Positions 43,001-51,145 of a stretch of 64,000 bases of DNA are shown piece by piece. The DNA is from Lytechinus pictus (Eukaryota). How positions within the stretch are numbered: the first letter of the stretch is position 1; each line of letters starts with the position of its first letter. The stretch covers positions 42,348,001 through 42,412,000 of the forward strand of contig NC_087251.1 of NCBI RefSeq assembly GCF_037042905.1. The letters run 5' to 3'. The notes below the pieces were generated by a model that was not told where the DNA came from, made no database searches, and saw only the letters and a program-made list of their open reading frames with translations. The position numbers and the translations under genes were made by a program.

Positions 43001-46000
43001 TCGCTTTTCACGTGCAAAGTCAATGCAGTGCAGATGGCCGATACGACAGTTTGGCTGACCATGCGCATTGAAATCGCAGGGTTTGAATGAATGCCGACGA
43101 TATGTTTCATGACCTCTTATTACATCTACATTTACAGCAAAAATCAAGAAAAGATCCAATTTGGCTTGAATTTCCAGCACTGCAAATTTTCAGTCTTTTT
43201 GTTTTCATTACATTTTTATATCAACTGAAGGTAGCAGTAGGACTGTGTGGCTAGATGCACATGCATTCAAAATCGCCTGTTTGCATGAGATTTGATTGCT
43301 ACATGCATCTTCACCCCATGTCGTGACGTCATAATAAAATGACAAAGCCCGACTCTGAGTTTGAACTTTGTCTTTGGATAGCGTCAAAATTGAAGCCAAA
43401 ACAGATATATTCCTGACCATGCCCATGCAGCTTAGACTCAGTTGATCAATAATTAAGAAATTTTCATATTGATTAACGAGCCGGCCAACCTGGACATTAA
43501 CTGAGCTAGTAAAAATATGCAAAAAAAAATTGAATTAAAAATGGGCAAAAAATGGATTTGGGCTGGCTATAGACTGATAAATAGGTCTATTTCTGTCAGG
43601 GATATATGCTCCACTGAGACTTAGTCTGGCTCGGCGGCATCCCCTCCATCATAGACCGATGACGGCCATTGGGCTGGTATTGGTGGAGCAAACAACTGCC
43701 GCTTAACTACAGCGTCTATGGAGAAAGGGTGCGCTTTTGCACCCTCCTCGATTACTCCTAAATTTTGCTTTTTGACAGGGCAAAAGGGAAGAAATAATAA
43801 AGATAAATTTATATTAAAGGAGAATGAAACTCTTGGAGCAAGTTAGCTTTTGTGAAAGCAGAAAAATCAAAAAATAAGATCAACAAAAGTTTGAGTAAAA
43901 TAGGACTAGCAATAAAAGAGTTATGAGCATTTGAATGTCGAGATCACTAATGCTATGGAGATCCTCCCATTGGCAATGCGACCAAGATCTGTGATGTCAC
44001 ACACGTACAACTCTCCCATTTGGACACTGAAAATATACCCCAAAACATTTCTTTTTGCTCATTCTAATCATATGACAAACGATTCATCAATGATATAATG
44101 TTGTGAAACTTCTGTACTTGTCATCTCATAAAGAGAACACCTCACCTTGTGATAGACTCTATAAAAGTGAGAATATAAGTGAAATAAGTACTAAAGTAAT
44201 GAGGGAGTTGTACGTGTGTGATATCACAGATCTTGGTCGCATTGCCGATGGGAGGATCTACATGGCACTAGTGATCTCAATATTCAAATGCTTATAACTT
44301 TCTTATTATTCATTCAATCTTCCTCAAACTTTCAACAATGTGTTCCTTTGATTTTTCTCTTTGATATGGATTCAGCTGGTTTCAAGGGTTTCATTCTCCT
44401 TTAAATACATTCAGCCTACCACCTTTCCGAAAAATATGCCGGAAAATAGCGAATTTTGATGATAAACAGATCAGGATCAGCCAGGTTCTTCTTTGATCGC
44501 TCGATCGCCATCAGCGCAGCTACAGCTGAGCGTGTGAATGTGCCAGCCGATCCGCTGGCGCGTCTGTTCGCTCAGCTGTACCTGACGGAGATCAAAGATG
44601 AACCTGGCTGATCCCGATCAGTTTGTCATCAAAATTCACTTTTTTCCAGCATATCTTTCAGAAAGATGATTGTATTTGATATAATTATCTTTATTGATAT
44701 TATATCCCACAGACTAGACCAGTTGAAGCGGGATTTAGCATTGAGGTGAGATTCATGATATTTATCAGCCAATGCATGTATCTTTTATCTAGCACTGCTC
44801 ATGATGTTGCCGCCCTCTACACGTGTCTTGTAGCTAGGCTAACAAAGACGGCAAGATGGCGACAATAATATCTGTGAGTAACTTCTATGATTTTTCTCAA
44901 CTTTGATATGAATTTTCTTGGAAATGTACTTTCCATTGGAGGGGGGAATTAAGTTGTAGCCCATTTACATGACTTAGGGCAAGAAATCTTAAAGAGAAGT
45001 TGGGTTTTTGAGGATGTTTAATCGTGGGAATAATGACAGTGTGTGTACATGAATGGTTGTTTTTATGTTAAGTTTAAGTTATATTAATGACAAATGTTTT
45101 CTTTCTGTAAGCCCCTATGTTTCTTTGTTTTGATGATGATCCTTCAATGTCAGGATTTTTATATCAATAAACTTTTTTCATTGGGGTGCAGTTGCAGTCC
45201 TAGACCAAAAAAGCTTCGGTCTCTGTTATATTGGTTGTTCCACTGAACTCTGTTGGCTCCACTCACAAATTACAGAGACCGAAGTTTTAACTCGATCTGT
45301 ATAGGGACTTAATGACCATATGTTTATGTATTAAATTTGGATAAACCAGGGAAGTGTGAGTTGCGCGACAGACAAGGTAATCACTGTTTTTTCTCTTTTT
45401 TCAAGTTTATATTTTCCCCGTTTTGGTGCATATCAAGCCAAAACAGAATAATAATCTTTATTTTGGTCCAGTTCTTTTCACTTATTTTTATGGAATAAGG
45501 ACAAAAATCGTTGGGCCCCATCAGGGGGATTTTGCATTGTTAACCCCCTAATGGCGGCTGCACAATCGCAAGCCATCTTATATTTTAAAATATGTTTAAA
45601 AAAATAAAAACTCCTCGAAACAGACAGCTGCCAGCTGCAGCCATCGCAGTCCCTGGCTTCGAGCTTCGTGGAGATTAAGCACGATAGTGGAATGACTTTA
45701 ATCTCTAGGAGCGCAGCCTACTGGCTTGGGCAGAGTGAGTCTGGCAGAGACACAGCCCCCCCCCCCCCATTTTTTGGCATTGCCGGTGCAAATAGAAATA
45801 CAATTTCATTTTCAATTGAATTTACCGCCCCAAACCCTCTTGTTCATGCTGTTCGTCCGTTACATACGACCAAGAAATACTAGTTTTGATACACAATCCC
45901 AAAGAGGATGCATGATTTGTGTCAAACATTTCTTACATTAGAATTTCGCTGCTTGTTACTGTTAATGTAGATCCTAAATTTTATTTTTAATTATTGTTTG

Positions 46001-46166
46001 AGGATCGAGAATTAGGAACGCACACAGATTGATTAGTTAGGAATGAATGGGCACCAAACAGACAAAGAGCCTTACCATTCGACAAAGAACTGCTTGGTTT
46101 CTTCTCAATCAATCGTGCTGATCTTCTCACTGTAGTTCCAGATGATCTTTTCTCAGGCGTCGACAT
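1952..46166 (-). CDS. FBXO11: F-box only protein 11 (SCF substrate receptor), 5' part; 8 coding exons, continues beyond the left edge of the window
   Basis: Exons 46166-46076, 20590-20478, 11121-11040, 9958-9811, 6101-5972, 4572-4362, 3608-3502 and 2063-1952 join in frame (994 nt) with GT/AG ends. The product contains PYSLRRK, RAKRSRLS, the F-box [42 protein letters not shown], then WKESF, [37 protein letters not shown] and NCSPTID, all recognisable from FBXO11. Confidence 0.95.
2243..2550. mobile_element. PIF/Harbinger-like MITE
   Basis: TIR GGCCCGTATACTGAAGTCAGGTTTAACTT / AAGTTAAACCCGACTTCAGAATACAGGCC; a diverged inverted copy lies at about 7182-7482. Confidence 0.75.
3039..3465. mobile_element. 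hAT MITE
   Basis: Perfect 15-bp TIR CAGGGTGCTACATAA, perfect 8-bp TSD CATAGAAG, subterminal CTTGCCC/GGGCAAG repeats. Confidence 0.92.
3502..3608 (-). CDS. FBXO11: FBXO11 exon 7
   Basis: Poly-T-CAG acceptor and GTAAGT donor, 107 nt; encodes [36 protein letters not shown]. Confidence 0.96.
3852..4065. mobile_element. Harbinger-like MITE (CAG flanks)
   Basis: Imperfect TIRs (..CGTCTTACAAAGA / TCTTTGTATGATG..); same family as the interrupted copy at about 59799-61864. Confidence 0.6.
4362..4572 (-). CDS. FBXO11: FBXO11 exon 6
   Basis: CAG acceptor and GTATGT donor, 211 nt; encodes YSAVHVKPGYAAY...YYDTIDEAL...HEGVYTGEWLYIDTPVCILGA. Confidence 0.96.
4772..5203. mobile_element. Crypton-like non-autonomous palindromic element
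   Basis: About 200-bp hairpin (4772-4970) centred on GGGGCGAAGCCC, plus a third inverted copy of the terminal motif (GTAGGATATAAA) at about 5192-5203. Confidence 0.55.
5685..5832. mobile_element. Small MITE with ATAGACCT...AGGTCTAT termini
   Basis: TIR ATAGACCTT / AAGGTCTAT. Confidence 0.55.
5972..6101 (-). CDS. FBXO11: FBXO11 exon 5
   Basis: TAG acceptor and GTATGT donor, 130 nt; encodes KRLYQSVYELSLPLLRPGPTKFKFVQPDKLDVPNIWKESFKTL. Confidence 0.95.
7182..7482. mobile_element. Diverged copy of the 2243-2550 MITE
   Basis: Ends GACTTCAGAATACGGGCC; shares TTTTGGCTTCCCATAATTTTAGCA with the 2243 copy in reverse orientation. Confidence 0.6.
7751..7995. mobile_element. Harbinger-like MITE
   Basis: TIR GCCTTTTCACACA / CGTGTGAAAGGGC, with internal TTTCACAC repeats. 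Confidence 0.5.
8758..8984. mobile_element. MITE with TAG..CTA termini and 9-bp TSD (AcademH- or MULE-like)
   Basis: TIR TAGTACAGTTTGGCCCTTTTGAG / CTCACAAGGGCCAAACTGGGCTA; perfect TSD GCTAAAGCC at 8749-8757 and 8985-8993. Confidence 0.8.
9187..9785 (+). mobile_element. Kolobok-like MITE family A, copy 1
   Basis: TTAA-AGGTCAAGTCCACCCC ... GGGGTGGACTTGTCCT-TTAA, about 600 bp with long internal inverted repeats. Confidence 0.85.
9811..9958 (-). CDS. FBXO11: FBXO11 exon 4, F-box domain
   Basis: TTTTTGTAG acceptor and GTACGT donor, 148 nt; encodes [49 protein letters not shown]. Confidence 0.96.
10308..10541. mobile_element. hAT-like MITE
   Basis: CAAGGCT.../...AGCCCTG termini, near-TSD TCTATAC/TTTATAC, internal TTGGTGGCCC repeats. 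Confidence 0.55.
11040..11121 (-). CDS. FBXO11: FBXO11 exon 3
   Basis: TTTACAG acceptor and GTACAGT donor, 82 nt; encodes SSSPGSSPMTRAKRSRLSSHTDTQASG (compare RAKRARVS). Confidence 0.88.
12325..12784. mobile_element. Harbinger-like MITE
   Basis: TIR GACCCCGTTCTCA / TGAGAACGGTGTC and subterminal AAAACTAGTTTACTGGAAAC / GTTTCCAGTAAACTAGTTTT. Confidence 0.7.
14960..17655. repeat. Decayed element with many (CA)TCACGGACGGACA motifs and a ~400-bp tandem duplication
   Basis: Motif occurs on the + strand at about 14965, 15143 and 15340-15370, and in both orientations at 16850-17655; the units 16851-17267 and 17268-17640 are direct duplicates. Confidence 0.6.
16117..16495. mobile_element. PIF/Harbinger MITE
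   Basis: TIR ..CCTTTCATAAAC / GTTTATGAAAAGG.., TTA flanks, internal TTATCCGCA / TGCGGATAA repeats. Confidence 0.7.
18557..18960. mobile_element. PIF/Harbinger (Tourist-like) palindromic MITE
   Basis: TIR GGCCCGAATTCACAAAG, TTA TSD on both sides; near-complete fold-back along its length. Confidence 0.92.
19503..19646. mobile_element. Harbinger-like MITE family B (CWG flanks)
   Basis: GGGAGCGTTTCATGAAAGGACTTGTCGGA...GATGAAACACTCCC; same family as 49714, 49940 and 53827; decayed relatives at about 6908-7043, 10601-10750 and 57665-57822. Confidence 0.8.
20478..20590 (-). CDS. FBXO11: FBXO11 exon 2
   Basis: CAG acceptor and GTAAG donor, 113 nt; encodes ELGSNSKIRTSCPHHDQSQQPYSLRRKASTLCSGRWDL (compare vertebrate SPYQLRRK). 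Confidence 0.85.
23590..24188 (-). mobile_element. Kolobok-like MITE family A, copy 2 (reverse)
   Basis: TTAA-AGGAAAAGTCCACCCC ... GGGGTGGACTTGTCCT-TTAA; reverse complement of the 9187 copy. Confidence 0.85.
26720..27149. mobile_element. PIF/Harbinger MITE
   Basis: TIR GCCCCCATCACACTTATTC / GAATAAGTGTGCTGGGGGC, TTA TSD. Confidence 0.8.
27173..27450 (-). mobile_element. Truncated reverse copy of the 31320-31794 MITE
   Basis: Shares GCAGGCAAGGCGCGAGATTCAAAA and CCTGCGACCTTGGAAAA with the 31320 element in reverse orientation. Confidence 0.7.
28282..28398. repeat. Perfect 57-bp tandem duplication
   Basis: AAATCTATCAACATTGGAC...GATTACAGATGGA present twice. Confidence 0.9.
30583..31190. mobile_element. 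Tc1/mariner-pogo type MITE (CCGT termini)
   Basis: TA|CCGTAAGGGCACTAGTATTCAACCCG ... CGGGTTGAATACTAGTGCCCATACGG|TA; internal ACTAGTATTCAA repeats. Confidence 0.85.
31320..31794. mobile_element. PIF/Harbinger MITE
   Basis: TIR AGGTGGTTTCAGACTGCCTCGA / TCGAGGCGGTTTGAAACCACCT, 3-bp TSD CCT. Confidence 0.85.
33549..34073. repeat. Compound microsatellite (AGT)n with (AGC)n and (GGT)n
   Basis: About 520 bp of trinucleotide repeat; explains the poly-L/Y/T ORFs. Confidence 0.98.
34072..34460. mobile_element. Fold-back repeat with TCGTCTAA/TTAGACCA subrepeats
   Basis: Left half has ttcgtcc/ggtcta motifs, right half has the inverted tagacca/agacga motifs; GGT..ACC ends. Confidence 0.5.
34495..35314. 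mobile_element. hAT-like non-autonomous transposon
   Basis: Perfect 19-bp TIR TAGGGACAGTGATTTTCCG, subterminal ACGGAA repeats; TSD obscured by flanking AGT repeats. Confidence 0.85.
35406..35943. mobile_element. MITE with poly-G/poly-C termini
   Basis: GGGGGGCACTTCCATTGAC / GTCAATGGAAGTGACCCCCC; internal CCCTAAACA repeats. Confidence 0.7.
36032..36100. repeat. (ATT/ACT)n microsatellite
   Basis: Seen directly in the sequence. Confidence 0.9.
37021..37632 (+). mobile_element. Kolobok-like MITE family A, copy 3
   Basis: AGGTCAAGTCCACCCC ... GGGGTGGACTTGTCCT-TTAA, colinear with the 9187 copy. Confidence 0.85.
40081..40934. mobile_element. Tc1/mariner-pogo type MITE (GGGG termini)
   Basis: TA|GGGGAAGGCGGGGTAAGTTG ... 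CAACTTACCCCGCCTTCCCC|TA, a perfect 20-bp TIR; internal GGGGCAAGTTGAGC repeats. Confidence 0.9.
41172..42214 (+). mobile_element. Helitron/Helentron-like non-autonomous element with ~160-bp tandem units
   Basis: About 6 units containing TTGACCTTAAATTACCTTTGACCTTGGTCATGTGACCTGAAA; 3' end with a short hairpin-like segment followed by ACAAAAA. Confidence 0.65.
43814..44404. mobile_element. Kolobok-like MITE family C
   Basis: TTAA-AGGAGAATGAAACTCTTG ... CAAGGGTTTCATTCTCCT-TTAA; long internal inverted repeats. Confidence 0.85.
44405..44697. repeat. Long palindromic element (left arm continues at about 43793-43813)
   Basis: Arms GAATTTTGATGATAAACAGATCAGGATCAGCCAGGTTC / GAACCTGGCTGATCCCGATCAGTTTGTCATCAAAATTC. 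Confidence 0.75.
46076..46166 (-). CDS. FBXO11: FBXO11 putative first coding exon (MSTPEKRSSGTTVRRSARLIEKKPSSSLSN)
   Basis: ATG at 46166, donor G|GTAAG at 46075; phase 1 fits exon 2; lies in a CpG-rich promoter-like zone; basic VRRS motif. Sequence conservation is weak, so this exon is less certain. Confidence 0.7.
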
Positions 46167-46420
46167 CGTCAGAAAGAAGAAAAAAAGCAAATTTCTCACG
46201 TAATTTTGACGAAAATCTCCTCCTTACCAGGCATCATTCGGAAGGTCACCCTGTTAAGCCTAGCCTGCGCTGCGCCAGCGTACCGGTTCCTTATACACTC
46301 TCTCTACGTTACACACGCGTATCCGTACCCGCACAGCTTTAATACGGTACCGTACCGTACATAAACAATAGACAATTCAAGCTGCTCATGCACTGCAAAT
46401 CTATCTGCGCAGCTTGAAAA
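46167..46420 (-). promoter_or_regulatory. Putative FBXO11 5'UTR/promoter (CpG-rich)
   Basis: Local CpG enrichment immediately upstream of the exon 1 ATG, against CpG-poor introns. Confidence 0.45.
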
Positions 46421-46851
46421 TGCGTTGTACACACAAATTCTGCATAATAATTCCTTTTTATACAACGATAGTTGGCAGCATACACATTCTCCTTCTGCTT
46501 CAAGTTGAAAACCCTCATTCATGGAGAATTGGGGTTATTCGGAAAATACCAAGGTTTATTTTCTTCTTTTCTTATAGTGCCCCTTGCTCTTGGAGGCATT
46601 TGTAGACCTATTAATAGTTACATGGGGGCTAGGGGACTTCGGCTCTTTTTCAATTAACATGTACAAAATTATCATCATTATGCGACCCCTGAAAAGTTTT
46701 TCTTGTTGTGACATTGTAGATTGGGAGTTTGAATTCTGTACTCTAGCTGTATTGCCATCACATTTTCCGTTAAATCCCTGCATCAAAACTCCTGATTGTT
46801 GCGGACTGGTTTTTTAGTAAGTCATGGACATTATTTATGATAGGTCCATGT

Positions 46852-47163
46852 CAGTGGCTTACCTAGGATTTCCCAAACGGGGGAAAAATTCGTCCGCCAA
46901 AAAATTTGCCAAGCAAAAAAAAAAAAAAAAAAAAAAAGGTCTTCAACCGCAAGTAAGACATTTCGCACCAAAAAAAAAAATTGACAAGCAAAAAAAAAAA
47001 AAAAAAAATCTTTAAGTTCAGGAGGGGGCCACTTGTGGCTCGTCAGGGATCAGTTTTGACTCGTCATGCAGGGGGGGGGCATGGATACGTCCTTTGCATG
47101 AGTTGTGACTCGTCAGGGGGGGGGGCAGTCTGCCCCCCCCCCCCTTAGGTACGCTATATAGTG
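46852..47163. mobile_element. hAT-like MITE
   Basis: CAGTGGCTTACCTAGG ... CCTTAGGTACGC..AGTG, 7/8 TSD GTCCATGT/GTCCATGG. Confidence 0.65.
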
Positions 47164-47249
47164 GTCCATGGTAATATTTTCCAGCATTATTCATAAAAAA
47201 ATAAGCGTCCCCCTAAATTTCAGGAGGAGAGGACAGTCCCTCCTAAAAA

Positions 47250-47395
47250 TAAAAAAAGAGAGAAAGAAAGACAAAAGGAAAGGAAGGAAGAAAGAAAGGA
47301 AGGAGGAAAGGAAGGAAGGAAGGAAGGAAGGGAGGAAGAAAGCAAGAAATAAATAAAAAAGAAAGACAAAAAAGAAAGGCGAAGAAAAGAAGAAA
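47250..47395. repeat. Purine-rich (GAAG/GAAA)n simple repeat
   Basis: Seen directly in the sequence. Confidence 0.85.
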
Positions 47396-47592
47396 CTTGT
47401 TATCTTTTTCCTTTTCCTTTCTTCAAGAAAGGAAAAGGAAAAGGATAAAGATTTTTTCCAATAACGTAAAAAAAAGCTTATCACATTCCACATGTTCATT
47501 CAAACGTGAATGTTTAATTCAACGCATTTGAATCATTGAAGCATGTTAATTGGTCATGAACATAACGAAAAAAAGTTGAGAAAAGATCAACT

Positions 47593-48085
47593 AAAACCAA
47601 CTATATATACGGTTACAGATCCTTCTCCGTTATTGCCCCGAAGCTCTGGAACAATCTCCCCATTAATGTACGTGAGGCATCATCGTTAGAATAATATTGT
47701 TTAAGTCCCTCCTTAAAACCCACCTCTTTTAATAAGTTTCACTTGCCTATTTTTCGCTTCTTTTGTGTTCTGTATGAAATTATCCCCCTTAGTTAATTTG
47801 CATTATCATATTGTGTTCAGATATTTTAAGTCGGATTGTAAGCTTATTTATTAGGATTATTTAAATTTACATACATGATTATCGACCCGTTATATTTAAG
47901 TTGTGTATTCACCGATTATCTCTTTATTTGTACGTATAATTAATTTTTCGTAATGGTGTTTTCACTTTCAGTTCCTTTGTTGTTCTTTTTCTGAGATATC
48001 TTGTATTTTCCCCCCTTCTTTCTTATAGCGCTTTGAAACTTTTGTATAAAGCGCTTTATAAATTTTGTATATTATTATTATTATT
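47593..48085 (+). mobile_element. Decayed L2-type LINE 3' end
   Basis: Reads YGYRSFSVIAPKLWNNLPINVREASSL then FKSLLKTHLF after a disruption; tail AGCGCTTTG...AAAGCGCTTTATA followed by (ATT)n. Confidence 0.8.
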
Positions 48086-49059
48086 TCAGTTACTAAATGA
48101 AACAATACTTGCCTATGATATTTGAAATTCATATTTTTGCTTTCATTAAATGTTCATTGATCCGTGAAACGATGAATAATGTTGAAGATAATCTTCCCAA
48201 AAATAACTGTCATCATATTCGATCATTAATTTTTATCGATAGAAATGTGTGAAAATCAAATTATATATAGCAGAATTTAACTTGTGTTTATTCAACCGTG
48301 AAATTTAGCCAATAAACTTGTATCGTCTTTAATAAAGTACCTTTTACAAGCCTTCTGACTATTTTTCATGATGAGAATGTGGAATTCGTTCCAATAAAGT
48401 GGAATCAAAATCATAATACTTGGCTTGTGACTTTTGAAAAGTGACAATTTTGCCTTCTGGCGGTGCTCACTGAAGCATGACATAAAACACGTTCATAACA
48501 TTTACTCAGAGGGTAGCTTATAAAATTACCTACACGCTTATGTAAAAATATATTAAAAACTCGCTTTGGTTCGGAAATTATAGATGTTTGTTTAAGGGGG
48601 GACTTACTTTTTTTGTTGTGTATAGAACAATAAAAATTGCAGTTTTTACTATGGAATATACACATATTTTGAACTTACTCCCAATGCGATTTTGTTTAGA
48701 AAAAAATTGACAAATCTCTCCATGATAATAAGTACCCATTTCTATAAACATCTTGGCGGTGACTCAACACCCATGCTTCCCAGGGCGAACGGGATTTATT
48801 TACTAACTTCATAATACAATGCGGTAAGAATAACAATTAACGTTGCTTATATATATAGCGCATAATTATAATGATTATAATCATGTCTCTATCGCTTTAG
48901 AAAGAAGAATAGACAGATGGAGAAGAAAGAAAAGAAAGAAAAGCCTGTTCACAGAGGAGCAAATATATAATCAATTAATAGGTACATGTATATCTTATTT
49001 TACAAAGAGGAATGTCTTCAAGTGTTACCATTTCGAGTCAGTATATCACTTATATTTTT

Positions 49060-49650
49060 CATCTCTCTCCTCGATCGCATCGATTGTTAGTTAAATGACC
49101 ATCCTGTGTATCGTTTCAAAAAGTGCTTAGAATCCGAGCTTTTGGGTCAAAATATAATATTTTATGCTCGCATCAATAAATTGTTAAAATATACCCATCC
49201 TGTTCATGGCCCCAAAATTGCTTAGAATGTCAAAATGTTAGGTTATAATACAAAAAATTTCTGCTCGCGCTTTGCGCTCGCATCAATAATTTTAGATATA
49301 TAACGATCCTGCTCGTGGTCACAAAAGTGCTTATAAATTCTAAATTTTAGGCCAGGATGTCAAAAATTTTCAGCGAGCGCGAAGCGCGAGCTGCAATTGT
49401 TTGGATAGATAGGCCTACCCATCCCGTTTATGGTAAAAAAAAGTGTTTTAATAGAATGTCCAGTTTTGTGTTGTAATAACAAAAAAAAAATCAGGTCGCG
49501 TTACGTGTTCGCATAAATTTTTAGTTAAAATATACCCATCCTGCTTTGACTGAAAGTGCTTAGAATGTCAAAATTTTGGGTCAGACTATAATTTTTTTAG
49601 CTCGCGCTTTGCGTTCGCATAAAATGTTTGTTTAGATACCAATCCTGTTC
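49060..49650. repeat. ~120-bp diverged tandem units with GCTCGCGCTTTGCGCTCGC core
   Basis: Repeated GCTCGC..., ATACCCATCCTG and AAAAGTGCTTAGAATGTC blocks; related units at about 51320-51660. Confidence 0.6.
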
Positions 49651-49713
49651 ATCATTCATGTTCATGGGAGGCGCCATTTTCCGAAAAGTATACATGAAGG
49701 GCGCCAAAATCTG

Positions 49714-49870
49714 GGGGGCGTTTCATGAAAGGACTTGTCGGACGTATTATCCGACAAGTCCCATTTCATCCGACAGTTACCATAGTAACAGTACCTCTCA
49801 GCCAATCAACATCAGAGAAAGATGTCAGATCTGACAACTTGTCGGATGAAAATGTTGATGAAACACTCCC
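49714..49870 (+). mobile_element. Harbinger-like MITE family B
   Basis: CTG|GGGGGCGTTTCAT...ATGAAACACTCCC|CAG. Confidence 0.85.
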
Positions 49871-49939
49871 CAGGTCCACGGGGTGCTGCTCGTGCCTTAT
49901 TAGATATCTCACCTTGTTTGTAAGGAAAACCAAGAAGTA

Positions 49940-50096
49940 GGGAGTGTTTCATCAACATTTTCATCCGACAAGTTGTCAGATCTGACATCTTTCTCTGATG
50001 TTGATTGGCTGAGTGGTACTGTTACTATGGTAACTGTCGGATAAAGTGGGACTTGTCGGATAAAACGTCCGACAAGTCCTTTCATGAAACGCCCTC
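49940..50096 (-). mobile_element. Harbinger-like MITE family B (reverse)
   Basis: Near-identical reverse complement of the 49714 copy. Confidence 0.85.
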
Positions 50097-50328
50097 CAGA
50101 CTTTAGTGTGGACTATACCCCGTAAATATAAACAAAATAAGCTTTTAGCAGCCGACTGGGAAAATGGAGGTGAAAATATTTTTTCCGCCCCCACCCCCTA
50201 AATTCTTATGCTTCCGCCGCCATGTTTGACACAGGCCTACTGACCTGAAAAAGAGGTAATTTCAAAGAGCTGTTCTGAATTAGAGAAGAGTAAGCCTACA
50301 CATAGGACCCTAGCTATCTCGCTGTATA

Positions 50329-51145
50329 CAGTGCGTCCCACAAAAAACGAAACCGAGATTTATCGATGATTTATCATAACTTAATCACAAATACAATAGA
50401 CAAATGACCTACCATCTTAAAGCTTAGAATCTCTTCTTTCATCTGGTATTACTTAGATAATTCCTCATTCACGCATGAGTGAGCAAAAACAATTTGAAGA
50501 AAGAATACAAAAAACTCATTTGGCGGGCCGTATCTGGGTTTTAAAAAGAAAACCACATGACTAAAAAGTTCAATATCTGCTCTTTAATTTGATACCTCAA
50601 TTACAGAAAATGGTCAAGAAATAACAAAGTTCTGGTTATTTGAAATAAGGCTTGAATTTCAATAATTTCATAAAATGAAGAGGTTTTACAGGCTAGCGTT
50701 CAAACTCTCTCGACATTCCGTTTTGTTGACGATCAGCCATGCAAAGTCTTTTGTTACCGTGCGATAGCTTCTGTGGGAAGCCAGTGAAAACACGTTTATT
50801 TAATGAAATTATGGAAATACAAGCATTGTTTCGAGGGATCATAACTTTTTTAATTCTTGACCATTTTCTGTGATTAAGGTATCAAATAAAAGAGCAGATA
50901 TTGAACTTTTCAGTCATGTGATTTTCTCTTTGAAATTCAGATACCCCCCGCCAAATGAGTTTTTGGTATCCTTTCTTCAAATTGTTTTTGCTCACTCATG
51001 CGTGAATGAGGAATTATCTAAGTAATATCAGATGAAAGAAGAGATTCTAAGCTTTACATTGGTAGGTCATTTGTATATTTTATTCATGATTAAGTTATGA
51101 TAAATCATCGCTAAATCTCGGTTTCGTTTTTTCTGGGACGCACTG
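50329..51145. mobile_element. Tc1/mariner MITE (CAGTG termini, long TIRs)
   Basis: TA|CAGTGCGTCCCA..AAAAAACGAAACCGAGA ... TCTCGGTTTCGTTTTTTCTGGGACGCACTG|TA; inverted arms longer than 300 bp. Confidence 0.93.
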
